A stretch of DNA of 64,000 bases from Laetmonice hystrix. Taxonomy: Eukaryota. Numbering within the stretch: the first letter of the stretch is position 1; each line of letters starts with the position of its first letter. The stretch covers positions 49,850,001-49,914,000 of the forward strand of contig OZ249436.1 of assembly GCA_965235115.1 (NCBI GenBank), given 5' to 3'. Below the pieces are notes generated by a model. That model was not told where the DNA came from. It saw only the letters and a program-made list of their open reading frames with translations, and made no database searches. Positions 1 through 12,442 of this stretch are shown here, piece by piece. The position numbers were made by a program, and so were the translations under genes.

Positions 1-276
1 GGGGTGCTTGGCCATCGTGTTTATGAAGGCTGGACTTGAGAAACTGGTTGTATGTAGTAGGCGGTTGCATGTATTCCTACAATCCATACCCATTCCACCT
101 GAATAGAATATTCATAATATAATATCTGATCGATGAGTCACGTTCCCCGTACAACCCCGTACAATGTGATATCTATAAAGTAAAAACCGCTTTAGATATG
201 GAGACATCCCTTTACTGAATCCCTATAAATCTCGTGTCTGTGAGCAATGTTGTGGACTGTAACGGATACACACTAT

Positions 277-618
277 CTAGTACGTGCACTCCTCATTTTC
301 ACCATCTTTGAAATGGAATACTTGAAAATCTTTGTCGTTTTCAAATCCCGCTGGGACCTTGCAAGCCGCAATATAATCGGTCAGATTTAAATAAGTAATG
401 ATGTTACGTGAAATGAGAGTACTACTAAGCAGGGTCTTATTGTGGTATGTACTGTTTTCCCAGCCTGTTGGTACGTTCTGGTCCATGGGGATGCCTTTAA
501 TCCTGTCCTTGCCAATGACGACTTGAGGTATTCCCGCACGAGGGCGAACGATACCTTGAGGCATGTCGTATAAACGCAGATGATGCCTTGAGGCACAATG
601 GGTTGTATCGAGGTTCAC
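277..618 (-). other. Unassigned ORF, possible terminal exon or TE-derived fragment
   Basis: 113 codons with protein-like composition (...TDYIAACKVPAGFENDKDFQVFHFKDGENEECTY*), but it starts at GTG with an in-frame stop just upstream, and I recognise no domain. Confidence 0.2.
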
Positions 619-3319
619 GGCGTTCCATTAGAACACGTCTTGTGCGTATTTTAAATTAACGGTTAATAAACAGTCGGTCAGAAAACTTGCCATAATTATG
701 ATCTCCCAAGAGTCAAACTCGGTTATGTTAGTCATGCTGGACTCCGTATTATACATGTAGCTACAGTAAGTTCTCTGCGACATAATCCACCATAATACAC
801 GTAGCTATCAGGTACAAACTATGAAGCTAATCTTTGTAAATCATCGAGATCAAATTCAGGGACGCCATTCATGCTGGACATGTGGAAACCCTACAATACT
901 TTTACTACATGTCGAAGATAAAATCAACATCGAACTTTTTTCAGTTACGTCTTACAACGAAGCCTTTTTTCTCACAAGCCGCAAAACAAGCCAGTCTTTT
1001 GTTCTCCTAGTTCATAACAGAAGTGGGAGGCCTCTATAGACTTTAAGTAGGCCAGGTCTCCTTAAAACAATGGTTCTCTATAATCTCCAGATCGGGGACA
1101 GTGGGGAACAGGGAGTGGAATCAGAATGTGAGTCGTTACGGGGACTACGGTTGGTAGGCCCATTTCCAACATCGAAATATTTTAACGCAATATTTTAATA
1201 CCATTTTCGTGCTGAAATAGGTCCCTCCATCAAACATTAAAAGTGTTAAACCATGATTCTGTCATCGAGATGACATTAACTACGGTTTTAACATGGCGTC
1301 AAGTGACTTCATTCGTCATATCAATTCTATAGATAACGCAGCCGAGTGAAAAAAGATTTAACATTGTTTTATCGGCATTTTCTTGATCATTGCTTAGTAT
1401 CAATCTGTCATTCAAATTACACCATGTAGCTTCTGTACATTTGCGTCGCAATGTTTCTTTCATAAAAGATACTGAAATTGAAATCCGTCCTTGTCACTAG
1501 ACTTCAGATCTGATATAAGCGACATTAAGCGTTATCGCTTTTTGATGTAAACCATTTCATTTTGAGCCTCGTTACAAAATGCGTTCTCTGCCTAACTAAA
1601 CACAGCAGGTGTCGCTTCATTCTGATGGTGTCATCTTGATCTTCAGTTAAGACTTGAAAATGAGTAAGATAGGGATAGGAGGGCAATGAATAAAGGCGAT
1701 CGCAATTCCCTATCCTTTCAATTCAGATAGCATTGTTGCAGCATGCACTAATTCAAAAACAATACAGGAGCACTTGCCTATCTCATAACGTTCCCCTGCA
1801 TGACAATGAACATCGCCATCACAAGCGCCAAACACGACTTCCCTTTAAGGAGCGTACGAATATAAATTGTGCTTTGCCATCATAAACAATTAAAATTCCA
1901 TGATACCGCGTTTGTATTTTCAACATTGATTCATCATTCTGCTTGCGCAGAGTGACACGACATGGAGCAGTGTTGAGTGATTGTCTTCCCTGTTCTGGCC
2001 TTCCTTCCGGACTCGGTGGTCCCGGATCAATAAATTAACATGCTGGCACGGACGAAGATAATAAAAATCTTACTTGGGGCTTGTTGAGAGGAAATGTAAA
2101 TTCCTCATTTTGAAAATCACGTGATTGATGGAATAATTTGAATAAGCTACCCTGGCACTCGAGCAATGCCGTTTTAGGCCTACACCAACATTGGTATTAA
2201 CCTGTACAGGTGGCGACTGATTGTGGCAGTAGCTTCGTGTCAGGGCCTTTGGTACACGTGAAGGACAAAGGCAAGATTCCAACACACTCACACTCTTGGG
2301 GCTGAAAGTGCCAGAGGGTGCATGAATCTGCTTGGTTTGAAAAACTTGGTTGGACTCATCGATTCATGTTAGCCCTTTGAACCACGATGCATGTTTTAGA
2401 TGCTCGTATATCTTTGAGGTTGATGGGGTTATAGAGTTCAGTGTTTAATATGACGTAGCATCAGTTCTGCGGAATAAAAAAGTCCTCTTCATTTTCCCAA
2501 TTTAGACATGAAATTCTAATGTTCTTTCATTATTTTGCAGATTCTTATATATGATGCAATATATACGTGGACCAGTCACAATTAGCATCAATGATTAAGA
2601 CAGATAGTTTGTCCATAATTATAATAGAGATAGACGGGTACGCATCTTTTATCTTTTGCCATGGTGTCAACGGAAATAGGCCATTGATCTCAGACACAGC
2701 GTTTCGTTTTTGTTTGCCGGTTCCATCTGTGCTGTAGATTCGACTGAGGCGCTCTGCAGGCTTTGCTGAATTTGTTCATTCAGAAGAACCGACCAACCCT
2801 GGAGGCTTGAAGGTGGCTCTCATTCACAACCTCTCAAACAGAACTTTCTGTAAAAGGCGCCCTCACAGTCTTTCATGGGCACGCCTCGTGTCCTGATTCA
2901 GTACTGATGCTTTGTTTGACGCAGGAATGTGTTTTCTCACAGGAACTCATCCTTCTGCAGGAAACAAGAGCGGAGGCAACACCAATGAAACAGTTGTTCC
3001 TTTGGGGAAAGTTGCGTTGAGATTACAGAAGCATCATTCTGTCGCTATTCGTTGAGACAGAGATATATTGGGTCCTTATCCTATGTATCTTAAACCGAAA
3101 ACAATAATACCGTGCATTCAGCAATAACAACACCAGCGGAACACTGCATGAGTTTGCAGCACAGAGACACTAGATCAATGAGATGCTATCTGATATGTGA
3201 CAACAAACTCGCCGTTATTTTACACTGAGGCCATACCTGTGTGCTGCCAAGGGGTTGTCAGGCTGTCATTTCCTGCATGTAGTCGGTGAAACTGGCTGTA
3301 AAATCAGCGTGCTCTTCTC

Positions 3320-3820
3320 AATATCACTCTCTTATAATGTGAAGCTTCCTCTAAATATCACTCTCATAATGTGGAGCTTCCTCTAAATATCACTCTCTCA
3401 TAATGTGGAGCTTCCTCTAAATATCACACTCTCATAATGTGGAGCTTCCTCTAAATATCACTCTCTCATAATGTGGAGCTTCCTCTAAATATCACTCTCT
3501 CATAATGTGGAGCTTCCTGTAAATATCACTCTCATAATGTGGAGCTTCCTGTAAATATCACTCTCTCATAATGTGGAGCTTCCTCTAAATATCACACTCT
3601 CATAATGTGGAGCTTCCTCGAAATATCACTCTCTCATAATGTGGTGCTTCCTCTAAATACCACGCTCTCATAATGTGGAGCTTCCTCTAAATACCACGCT
3701 CTCATAATGTGGAGCTTCCTCTAAATACTACGCTCTCATAATGTGGAGCTTCCTCTAAATATCGCTCTCATAATGTGGAGCTTCCTCTAAATATCACTCT
3801 CTCATAATGTGGAGCTTTCT
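3320..3820. repeat. 34-bp minisatellite (some 32-bp units), ~15 copies
   Basis: Unit AAATATCACTCTCTCATAATGTGGAGCTTCCTCT. Confidence 0.97.
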
Positions 3821-5214
3821 CTTATGACAGTTGCTGTACATGATTCTACCACCGTCAGTCTTCCTACCTATGTGATCCGTCATATTCTTTTCAGTATAGG
3901 AACACCGCGATTTCTAATGTAAATTTGGTAAGGATCACACATCTCTCATTGAAAATGCAGCATATTATTGAGTGAAATACGGTTTACTGCAAGAGGCATT
4001 TATACTGCGCAGACTGCCTTTGTAAAAATTCTCGAAATAAGATATCCAATCCATATATTTGTGGAGCTTAATGGATTCTATGCCACATCCATAGGACCGT
4101 CAAGGAAGCCAGCCTCATTTACGTGTGGGAAGTGGGAGTACCTGATTGTATTGTGTACCGGCTGAGATAAGCTCTGGGCGACTGAGAACAATGGATGATT
4201 GACTGTGAGGATGTGAAGAAAGTTACAAGAGATGTTAACATCACAGCCAAGGACTTTCGACACCTGTGTTAGTCAGGGCGCCCCCTCGCGGGAAGCGAGG
4301 TGCTCTCTGGAAAATATGCTTTCTTGACGAATAGATGCCCTTTCAATTGAACATAACAAAATACAACTCGCCCTCCGGATCCCAATCTCCTAAAATATTG
4401 TTACCTCTCTTCATCTAGATAGTTAATGATCCTCATCAGGCAGCAAATAGGGGAGGTCGCCTGGGTCAAACTGTGGTGGGAGAATGGTTTAAACAATAAT
4501 ATAATTACCAGTCTCTCATAATATGATCAATTTGTTGCATTTCATCATTTCTACTTTTTTGGTTCCATGTCGCGCAAACAATGATGGTGTACGAACGCTT
4601 GATTTTGGAATCAGAAGTCCTCTTCCAGCCGTTTCCATGGTAACCATTATGTGCAAAATCTTTCCATTGTCATTTCGCAGAGAAACAGACAGTTATAGCT
4701 CCCGACCCGTGGGCATCTCAGAAAAAAGATGGAAGAGAGCCCAGAAAACATATTTGACATTTTATTGAGCACAACGACGCCCTCATACTATAACAGGTAC
4801 ATAGTGGTTGCTTTAGTTTAGATCTTATACCAAACCAGAGGTCCTTGTTGCCATCGGGAGGACTGGCGGGGGCAGAACGACCATAATGGTCCCACATTTA
4901 CCCTACCAATGGCCACATTACCAACAAATGTAAAACTATGTGATGCACAGCTGCGAGAGATAGCTGGTGGTACGGACGCTAGATGGTGCCATCATTGTCT
5001 GATGTTGTTTGTCCTGCTGGAGGCAGCTCAACTGGCGGCGGTCGTCAATGACCTTGAGCTCGCTGCCGGAAATAACTGGAGATCAAGGCCAAGGGCTCAA
5101 TATCTGAAAATGTTTGGAGGATAGATTTGTGGGTTGGCTGTCGGTAGATATGTGACTGTCCACACGAGCTTCCCACACGCTGCACTAGCATTGACCTTAT
5201 ACTAATGGCTGAAC

Positions 5215-5640
5215 CTCTAAGAGCACACCATTCACCTCTGGTCATCAATAATGCAATCAGAATTAGTTCCATCCTCCACTGGAACCGCCGTCCTTCACCA
5301 AGTCTGAATGTGGCTGCCGGCCAATATGTTTAAAGAGGATAAAACCTTGGTGTAAAACATCGGGACATTCAGAAAGTATGACCTGCGGAAGGGCAGGTTT
5401 TGTGGACCGGTCGAACAGGCAACCCTGGTGCTTCAACAGCAATTCATGCAGGCTTGCTCTTTTTCCTTGTATCAGATCTTTCTGGGAGGAACTTTTAGAT
5501 CCACGCAAATTTTCGCTAAGAGCTACCCAGTCCCATTGAGTCCAGAGACGATCCCTAAAGTCACTAAATCTGCAGTGACGTTCATCCTGGCTAGTTGTTG
5601 ATAAATGCCCGGATGGTCAGGAATGGCGACGGATTCTGCA
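5215..5640 (-). mobile_element. Highly degenerate Ty3/gypsy integrase remnant
   Basis: Across shifted minus-strand frames, in the expected order: HPGIYQQLAR (zinc-finger GHPGI-like), LAKICVDLKVP (first catalytic D, IxVDLxGP-like), CPDVLHQG (PxxIHSDQG-like), Y**PEVNGVLLE (YHPxxNGxxE-like). Confidence 0.5.
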
Positions 5641-8600
5641 GAGTCTAGTATCCTGTAAAAGCTAAAAGTGTGCAGTTGTGTTTCGAAGGGGTATAACCTC
5701 TTTGTGCATCGTTCCTTCTCACCTCTTTGCCAGTGATGAACGCTCAACCCAAACTGCTTTCACACACTTACGCGTGGGATGGGGCTGTCATCTGCAGATG
5801 TCATTTCAACAAATTAGAATTCCCCCTAAAGACCTCTCGCTATAAAATGTCCTCGGTTGAAACCAGCGTCCGACAGCTGAATGCATGTAGTATTGGATTA
5901 ATAAGAATTTACGACTATGGAATCTTGGCAACCGCGAACTCGTGACCGTTAGTGCCACCTTGCGGGACTAATACTAAATACCGCCTCCGGTCAGGGATTT
6001 ATTTATAGAAGCTCCGCCTCAATGCGGAACGGATTTATTTGATTCCTGACGGGGGCGTTTTAAATCCCTGCAAATGTTTCCCAGAAGGAAGCGACGGCTG
6101 ACACGGATGGTTCATACCCTACCGCGCCTGAATTCAAACCAAAGCAAGCTATAATTATATCATTATTGGTTCCATGTAGGCATAGTCCTGCATGGCTTCT
6201 CTACGTAATTTGATAAGAAAGGACAATCATGCAATTGTGTGGCTTTAAGAGATCGGGTTTAACATGGACGTCATTAGAACATACATACCATTCAGGACCG
6301 TCTATCTTCATTTAAATGTCATTTTCAATCATCTTAGAAATGAATTGAATGTTCACCGAATCTATTTGCGCCTAGACAATATCCCTTCAGCCTGTAATCA
6401 TGTGGTAATGACTTTTTGTCTAAAACCTTACCCCGCGTTCACATTGGAGGCTTGTTCCGACGCCTACCCGCTGTTTCGGGTGGCCACCTGTATGAACGCA
6501 ATCATCCGACATAACTTACGTCGCGTAAGCCCCCGCGTTACATCGGGTAAATCGGGGGCATAGGTAGACTACTTACGTCGGGTAACTTCAGTCTGAATGC
6601 TTGCTTGCCGACATAGTGCACAATAGTGCACCAGGGGGCGCTGGTGCATTAATGCCGCCCTGAAAGTCTGTCCACACTATGACGAAAATACGTGTTTCTC
6701 GGTATACCAAACTTTTGGCCAGGTCTCACTACTTGATGAGGTCTACTGGTAAGTTGACTGTACCCATTTGTTTTTTGTTCAAACGACAGCTTGACTGTCT
6801 GCGACGCCACCTAGTGGCTGTTCTGGGGTGATTCGCTTCTCGACACGCTCTGGTGGATATGGACTTTAGTGCGGGAATGATTCGCTCAATATGAACGCGT
6901 GTAGGTCTCTGATCTTATCAGATCTGTCGACACAAGTTGTGTCGGACGAGCAGTGTGAACCCCACCTATAGACCCGGTGTAAATTAACACTAGGAAATGC
7001 CTTTCATTGACAACGGTGACGTTGGATTACTTTAATCCACAGTAGGATAGAGAACCTTTAGCTGCAGTCGGGGCTGTGTTTAAATAAGTAAAGAAGGGGC
7101 TAATCCTCGTCCCAACCATCGTCTGTGTGTAGAACATTGAACCTGGTATGTTTACTGCCCAAGGATGCTGGGTTGTGTATGGACTATCGTCGAGTGTCAA
7201 CGACAGCTGTGTTATTCTCTGTAACCGCGACAATAACTATAAATGGCCATGACGTTATAACAGAACCACATCTAACGCCTTCGGCCGCTTGACAAAAGAG
7301 CTAAGCGACCAAAAAAATAAAATCTGAAAATCTTACTAATTGGTAAAAGATTACCTAAATGATTAACGAAAGAAAGGGCTCATCAGTTTAGATTTAACCT
7401 GATGTTTCTGAGCCTATAGTTGGTGCCAGCGGCACTGTTTGAAGTGTTTTTATTGAAGGCCTCTCTCAGGCAGTATCATGGGCCGTCCTACAGCAACTAC
7501 TATCTGAAGAAAAAGGTCGACACATCATGACGTTATCTGCCGCAACAGGAGCAACATCTACATGTCATTCTAGAAGGACATCGACAAAGACAGCCACTAA
7601 GGGACTACCATGTGTATGACGTGTACTCCTCTAGAAAGACAACACAACAGTATGTTAGAATGTCTTAAATACAACTTCAGCTTAAACAAATTATGGAAGG
7701 CGAACGTGCAGGCAGTGTTTTAGTGTTTATTACAGACTAATCCAAAGTGAATTACACAATGTACTTGAATCAGGTTGGCTTACTGAGCGGGTGAGAGACA
7801 CATAATCTGACGTTACTGGAAAACATCAGTAACTGGAGCTGGCAGCAACGGGCCGGGTAACAACTGATGGACCAATTCATTGATGTCCATACACGGCGCT
7901 GCCAATGTCAACTTGTCACATGCTACTGTTATTACGATAATACGAAAAAAACCTTCAAACTTCAAGGAAACTTACGGAGGGAAAACGAACGTCACTAAAC
8001 GACTAATTGAGCAACCATATAAAGCACCAATATAAAGCCCTACATGATGTTCCTCGCCAACGTTATAAATGAAATGTCGCCGGGGCTTTACGACAATGGG
8101 GACGACATTTAAAGCCATTTCCTCTTTTGTCCCCCGGTAACAATGCATAGAGGAAGGTACCATTAGCATAGGTCACGGTGTCGTACACCCTCTGTCGTAC
8201 ATCTATATAGACTGCCGCCAGTTTCATGCTTTCCTCTTTAATGTTTCTAATTGCTCAAGTTTTTCGAACAGAACTACCTCAGTTCATTAACTCCATACAT
8301 GTAATAGCGTAGAATGTAGGACAATTTTAGCAATTTTCTTCAATTACTTCCTGCTTGTTACCAAAGACCTGTACAAACATTTACAATGTCCAATAGGGGC
8401 AATACCTGCGTGTTACCTGCAGTAGGCCTACAACCGAAACTCGTGATCAATAGAAAGTAAAACATGCCATGCTTTTACTGCCATTGGATTTGAATTGGAA
8501 GGGAATTCCCTCACGTGACTTTCCACGCAGTTCTTGATGACGCAGCCAAACAAGATGGCGTCCTCATCGCCCAGCGAGCCATATAACGATCACCCAACAG

Positions 8601-8705
8601 AAGTAGATCTAACTGAACTCATATTGATATATTACAACGAAACACATCTGTTGACTTGTATATGCACATCATGTAGACAGGGGGCGAGTGGGCTTGGGTG
8701 GGTTG

Positions 8706-9188
8706 GGTTGTGTGAACGTTATGGGATCTGCCGGACTGGTGATATTTGCTGGGCTGTGTGAACGTTATAGGATCTCCCGGACTGGTGATATTTGCTGGGC
8801 TGTGTGAACGTTATGGGATCTCCCGGACTGGTGATATTTGCTGGGCTGTGTGAACGTTATGGGATCTCCCGGACTGGTGAAGTTTGCTGGGCTGTGTGAA
8901 CGTTATGGGATCTCCCGGACTGGCGAGGTTTGTTGGGTTGTGTGAACGTTATGGGATCTCCCGGACTGGCGAGGTTTGCTGGGCTGTGTGAACGTTATGG
9001 GATCTCCCGGACTGGCGAGGTTTGCTGGGCTGTGTGAACGTTATGGGATCTCCCGGACTGGCGAGGTTTGCTGGGCTGTGTGAACGTTATGGGATCTCCC
9101 GGACTGGCGAGGTTTGCTAGGCTGTGTGAACGTTATGGGATCTCCCGGAGTGGAGAGGTTTAATTGCTGGGTTGTGTGAACGTTATGG
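8706..9188. repeat. 46-bp minisatellite, ~10.5 copies
   Basis: Unit GTGTGAACGTTATGGGATCTCCCGGACTGG(TGATA/CGAGG)TTTGCTGGGCT. Confidence 0.97.
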
Positions 9189-9304
9189 CCGGCGCACATT
9201 ACGCGACTTGCTGAGACGCGACAGTTGAGTTGCTATTTTTCCCGATTTCCGATTAAAGACTGACACGCGCACACTACACGATTTCCTGTCGTGTGCACCG
9301 GGCA
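9186..9304. mobile_element. Small PIF/Harbinger-like MITE candidate
   Basis: TTA-TGGCCGGCGCACA ... TGTGCACCGGGCA-TTA: 13-bp imperfect TIR with a 3-bp TTA duplication. The left end overlaps the last minisatellite unit. Confidence 0.4.
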
Positions 9305-11361
9305 TTATACATCGCTCTCCGTGCAAGCTCTGCCCGCTGTGGAGATTATATCCCTCAACAGATTAATGTTTGTTTTGCCCGTCATTTCGACTTGTCCGTT
9401 GTGATGAATGAGTAGCTGGCCCACACCGAGGTACCACCGGCACAATTTGATTGAACGCTTCGCTCCTCCATGTGGAAAACACATTTGTTCTATTAGTGTA
9501 TTGACATGGGTAGAATTCGTCTATAGGCCCAAAATGTAGATGTTGGTGATGAATATCGAACAGGGTATGACAATGCCCCACTGGTGTAAACGGTGGGGGT
9601 AAACTTTCAGAGTGTATTATAGAAATACTTTACGACTGCATTACCGATGGAAATTGCAGGCTTAGCGGCCTATAGCTGCAGAGTGGCAGGTGTTAACTTC
9701 TCAAACGAGAAAGTAAAATCAGACGCAGCGAATTATGAATAAATTCGCCGTCTAAAGCTAAGGCGGCTTCAAGAAGTGGTAATATTATGTAAATCAAACA
9801 AAAAGTGATGTGATTTAAATATATGAGATCCTATAAGCCATCAGCTGGTGGACGGCTATTTGGCGACTGAACTACCGTTATATAATTGATTAAGAGTAGG
9901 CCTATAGGCCTACATGTAGCCTATAGTTAGATAGTAGATCTATGTAGGCACCTTATATTTGGTTTGGTTTATTTCCCAGAACAAACCGCTTTCGGGGCAT
10001 GAGAGAAACGATACAATCAGAGTAGTTGGGTGTGTCAGTGACACTAGGACTGTATCTAGAGGTAATATGAAAATAGATAATTATACATGACGCTGATCTT
10101 TATCGATTAAGCACAGTAGGCCCATATACCGGAATGTAGGCCTACAGACTGCAACGCGATCAGGGACACGGGAAGTGACGGGAATCGTGTCGCCCCCAGT
10201 GTTTGTGAAAAGGTCGTACAACAGTCATGCGTTCAGATAACGTGGAACTGACAAACTTCCAGCTCAGTGGCTGAACTAATCTGGGAACTGTCGAATTGAG
10301 ATCGCGTTAAAGAGAGAAGGAAAGTATTTACGTCCGAGGACATCAATTTTGATGTTGCATTATTTATTGCATCTTATTAATTATTCCTAGATCTGATTTT
10401 GTATATAATATGATACAGCCATGCTCCACTACCTCAAGCAAAATAGGTCTCGCCAGCCCCCCCCCCCCTGCTCCCAGCTTACTCCAACTTAGGCTACAGC
10501 ATGCTTACAGTGCCTGTTGGTGTGTGGGTGAGTCAGGGGGGGGGGCATACGACATGCGTTTATCTCATTTTGGCCCATACACAGAATTTGTGTTTGCCCA
10601 CTGTGCCCTGCAGATACATGTATGTGTGTTAATGGTCCCAGTATAATATAATCAGTTTGTTCTGTAAGGGTGACTGGTTCTCCGAGTGGACACCCAGACT
10701 ATAATAATTATTGTCTGCAGGTCCTCCTGCCATTCACGCCACCTGTCAGAAACCCGCACCGTCGCCATGGATACGGCGGTTTCCGGTCCCCTCGCGACCT
10801 TTCCATGCATTGTGAAAACGGAATAACTGCAATTTATTTCTTGTCGAGTGGGTATGTGGTTGGGATTGTAGAAAGTAGATCTAACCCCGAGTCTATTCCT
10901 TAATTGTGATTGTGAAGGACATGCAACCTTTCAGAGTATCAGAGTCTGAGACCTGACCTTACCGTCAGATGTTAAAATATGTCTCATTTCATTAAGCTGG
11001 AACGTAGTTATTAGTTTAATTCTGCTCACTACAGCTATCGTTTTTTTGGCCTAGGTGCAGAAATAATTGGTTCTTGGAACATTTACTGATCGAACATGAC
11101 AAGCCATGCATATACCCTTTGGCCCTGGATATACTTTTACGTGCAATGCTATAACAATGCACTCGGCGCTTCCTCGACAGATGGCAGATCATGTCTCGGC
11201 CGTAAAGGTCAGGTCGCCATTTTTGAAAGTAGTCACACAACTAAACAAACCCATGTGCTTTCCACAGCTCCCATCTTGGCCTTTGTCGCTATAAAAAAAT
11301 TCTAGTGGGTGTTCACGGAAGGGACGGTGATCAGAGTTATGTGAAATAACGTCCTCCTTAA

Positions 11362-11876
11362 AGGGAGTCGTAAAATTCATTTTTTCGATTTATGGCAGTC
11401 TTAGAAACATATGATTCGCATACCTTGGACTCCCAGTAACATCATGTGAGACTGTTATGGCCCAGCGACCAGTATTTAGTAAGGAAAATATGCCAAATCT
11501 CTCGCAAATACGTAGCGAGCGGCCCACAGGATATTTGAGTTGGCCGCGGTCGGGCGATGATGACGCGTGATCACGTGACTTCCGGGTGTACATGCGGTAT
11601 TTAGGTCAACACTAGACTAGAGGGAGATTCCCTTCCACACCCGGAAGTCACGTGATCACGCGTCATCATCGCCCGACCGCGGCCAACTCAAATATCCTGT
11701 GGGCCACTCGCTAATTCTGAGCTACGTATTTGCGAGAGATTTGGCATATTTTCCTTACTAAATACTGGTCGCTGGGCCATAACAGTCTCACATGATGTTA
11801 CTGGGAGTCCAAGGTATGCGAATCATATGTTTCTAAGACTGCCATAAATCGAAAAAAATGAATTTTACGACTCCCT
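11362..11876. mobile_element. Fold-back non-autonomous DNA transposon (MITE), TTAA TSD, AGGG termini, Kolobok-like
   Basis: TTAA(11358-61)-AGGGAGTCGTAAAATTC ... GAATTTTACGACTCCCT-TTAA(11877-80). Near-perfect inverted arms of about 230 bp (11362-11590 and 11637-11876) flank a spacer of about 46 bp. Confidence 0.9.
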
Positions 11877-12384
11877 TTAATTTGTATCTCGCCTAGTAGA
11901 CTAGCTGCCTCACCAGTTTCCGAGCGCTTCGCAGCGGCGCTGTCGGTAGCTGCGCCGGGGAGTCAGCGCGTGTTGGTGGCCGACGATGGGACGAATGGAG
12001 GCATAAGCCATTTCCGAGTTGAGCATGTTTCTCTCTGTTTTGGTTTAACTGCCGCGACTTTCCTTTGGTTATCGGACAGTTTTCAAGTGCATAATGCAAA
12101 CAATCATCAACCGCTGTAGGGATTACTTGGTCAGCGCGCATTGTGCACCTCCTGCGTATTCATTCGCGCCGCGTCACAAAGTCGCACAAAACTGTCCATT
12201 ACACCCGAGGTGAAAATCCGAACCCACCGGAAGGTGGCAGACTTTCCCCGAGGGTTCCCGAATGATAACAATGGATTCTAAAAGATCGTATGACCAGACC
12301 GGATGGAGATTTTGAAATCAGAAACGAGACAAATCCATAACCAACTGCAAAATGTTCCTTAATTATTTCTTACAATTTTAATGT

Positions 12385-12442
12385 AGAAGAAGAAGAAGAA
12401 GAAGAAGAAGAAGAAGAAGAAGAAGAAGAAGAAGAAGAAGAA
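12385..12442. repeat. (GAA)n microsatellite
   Basis: Perfect GAA run. Confidence 0.98.
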
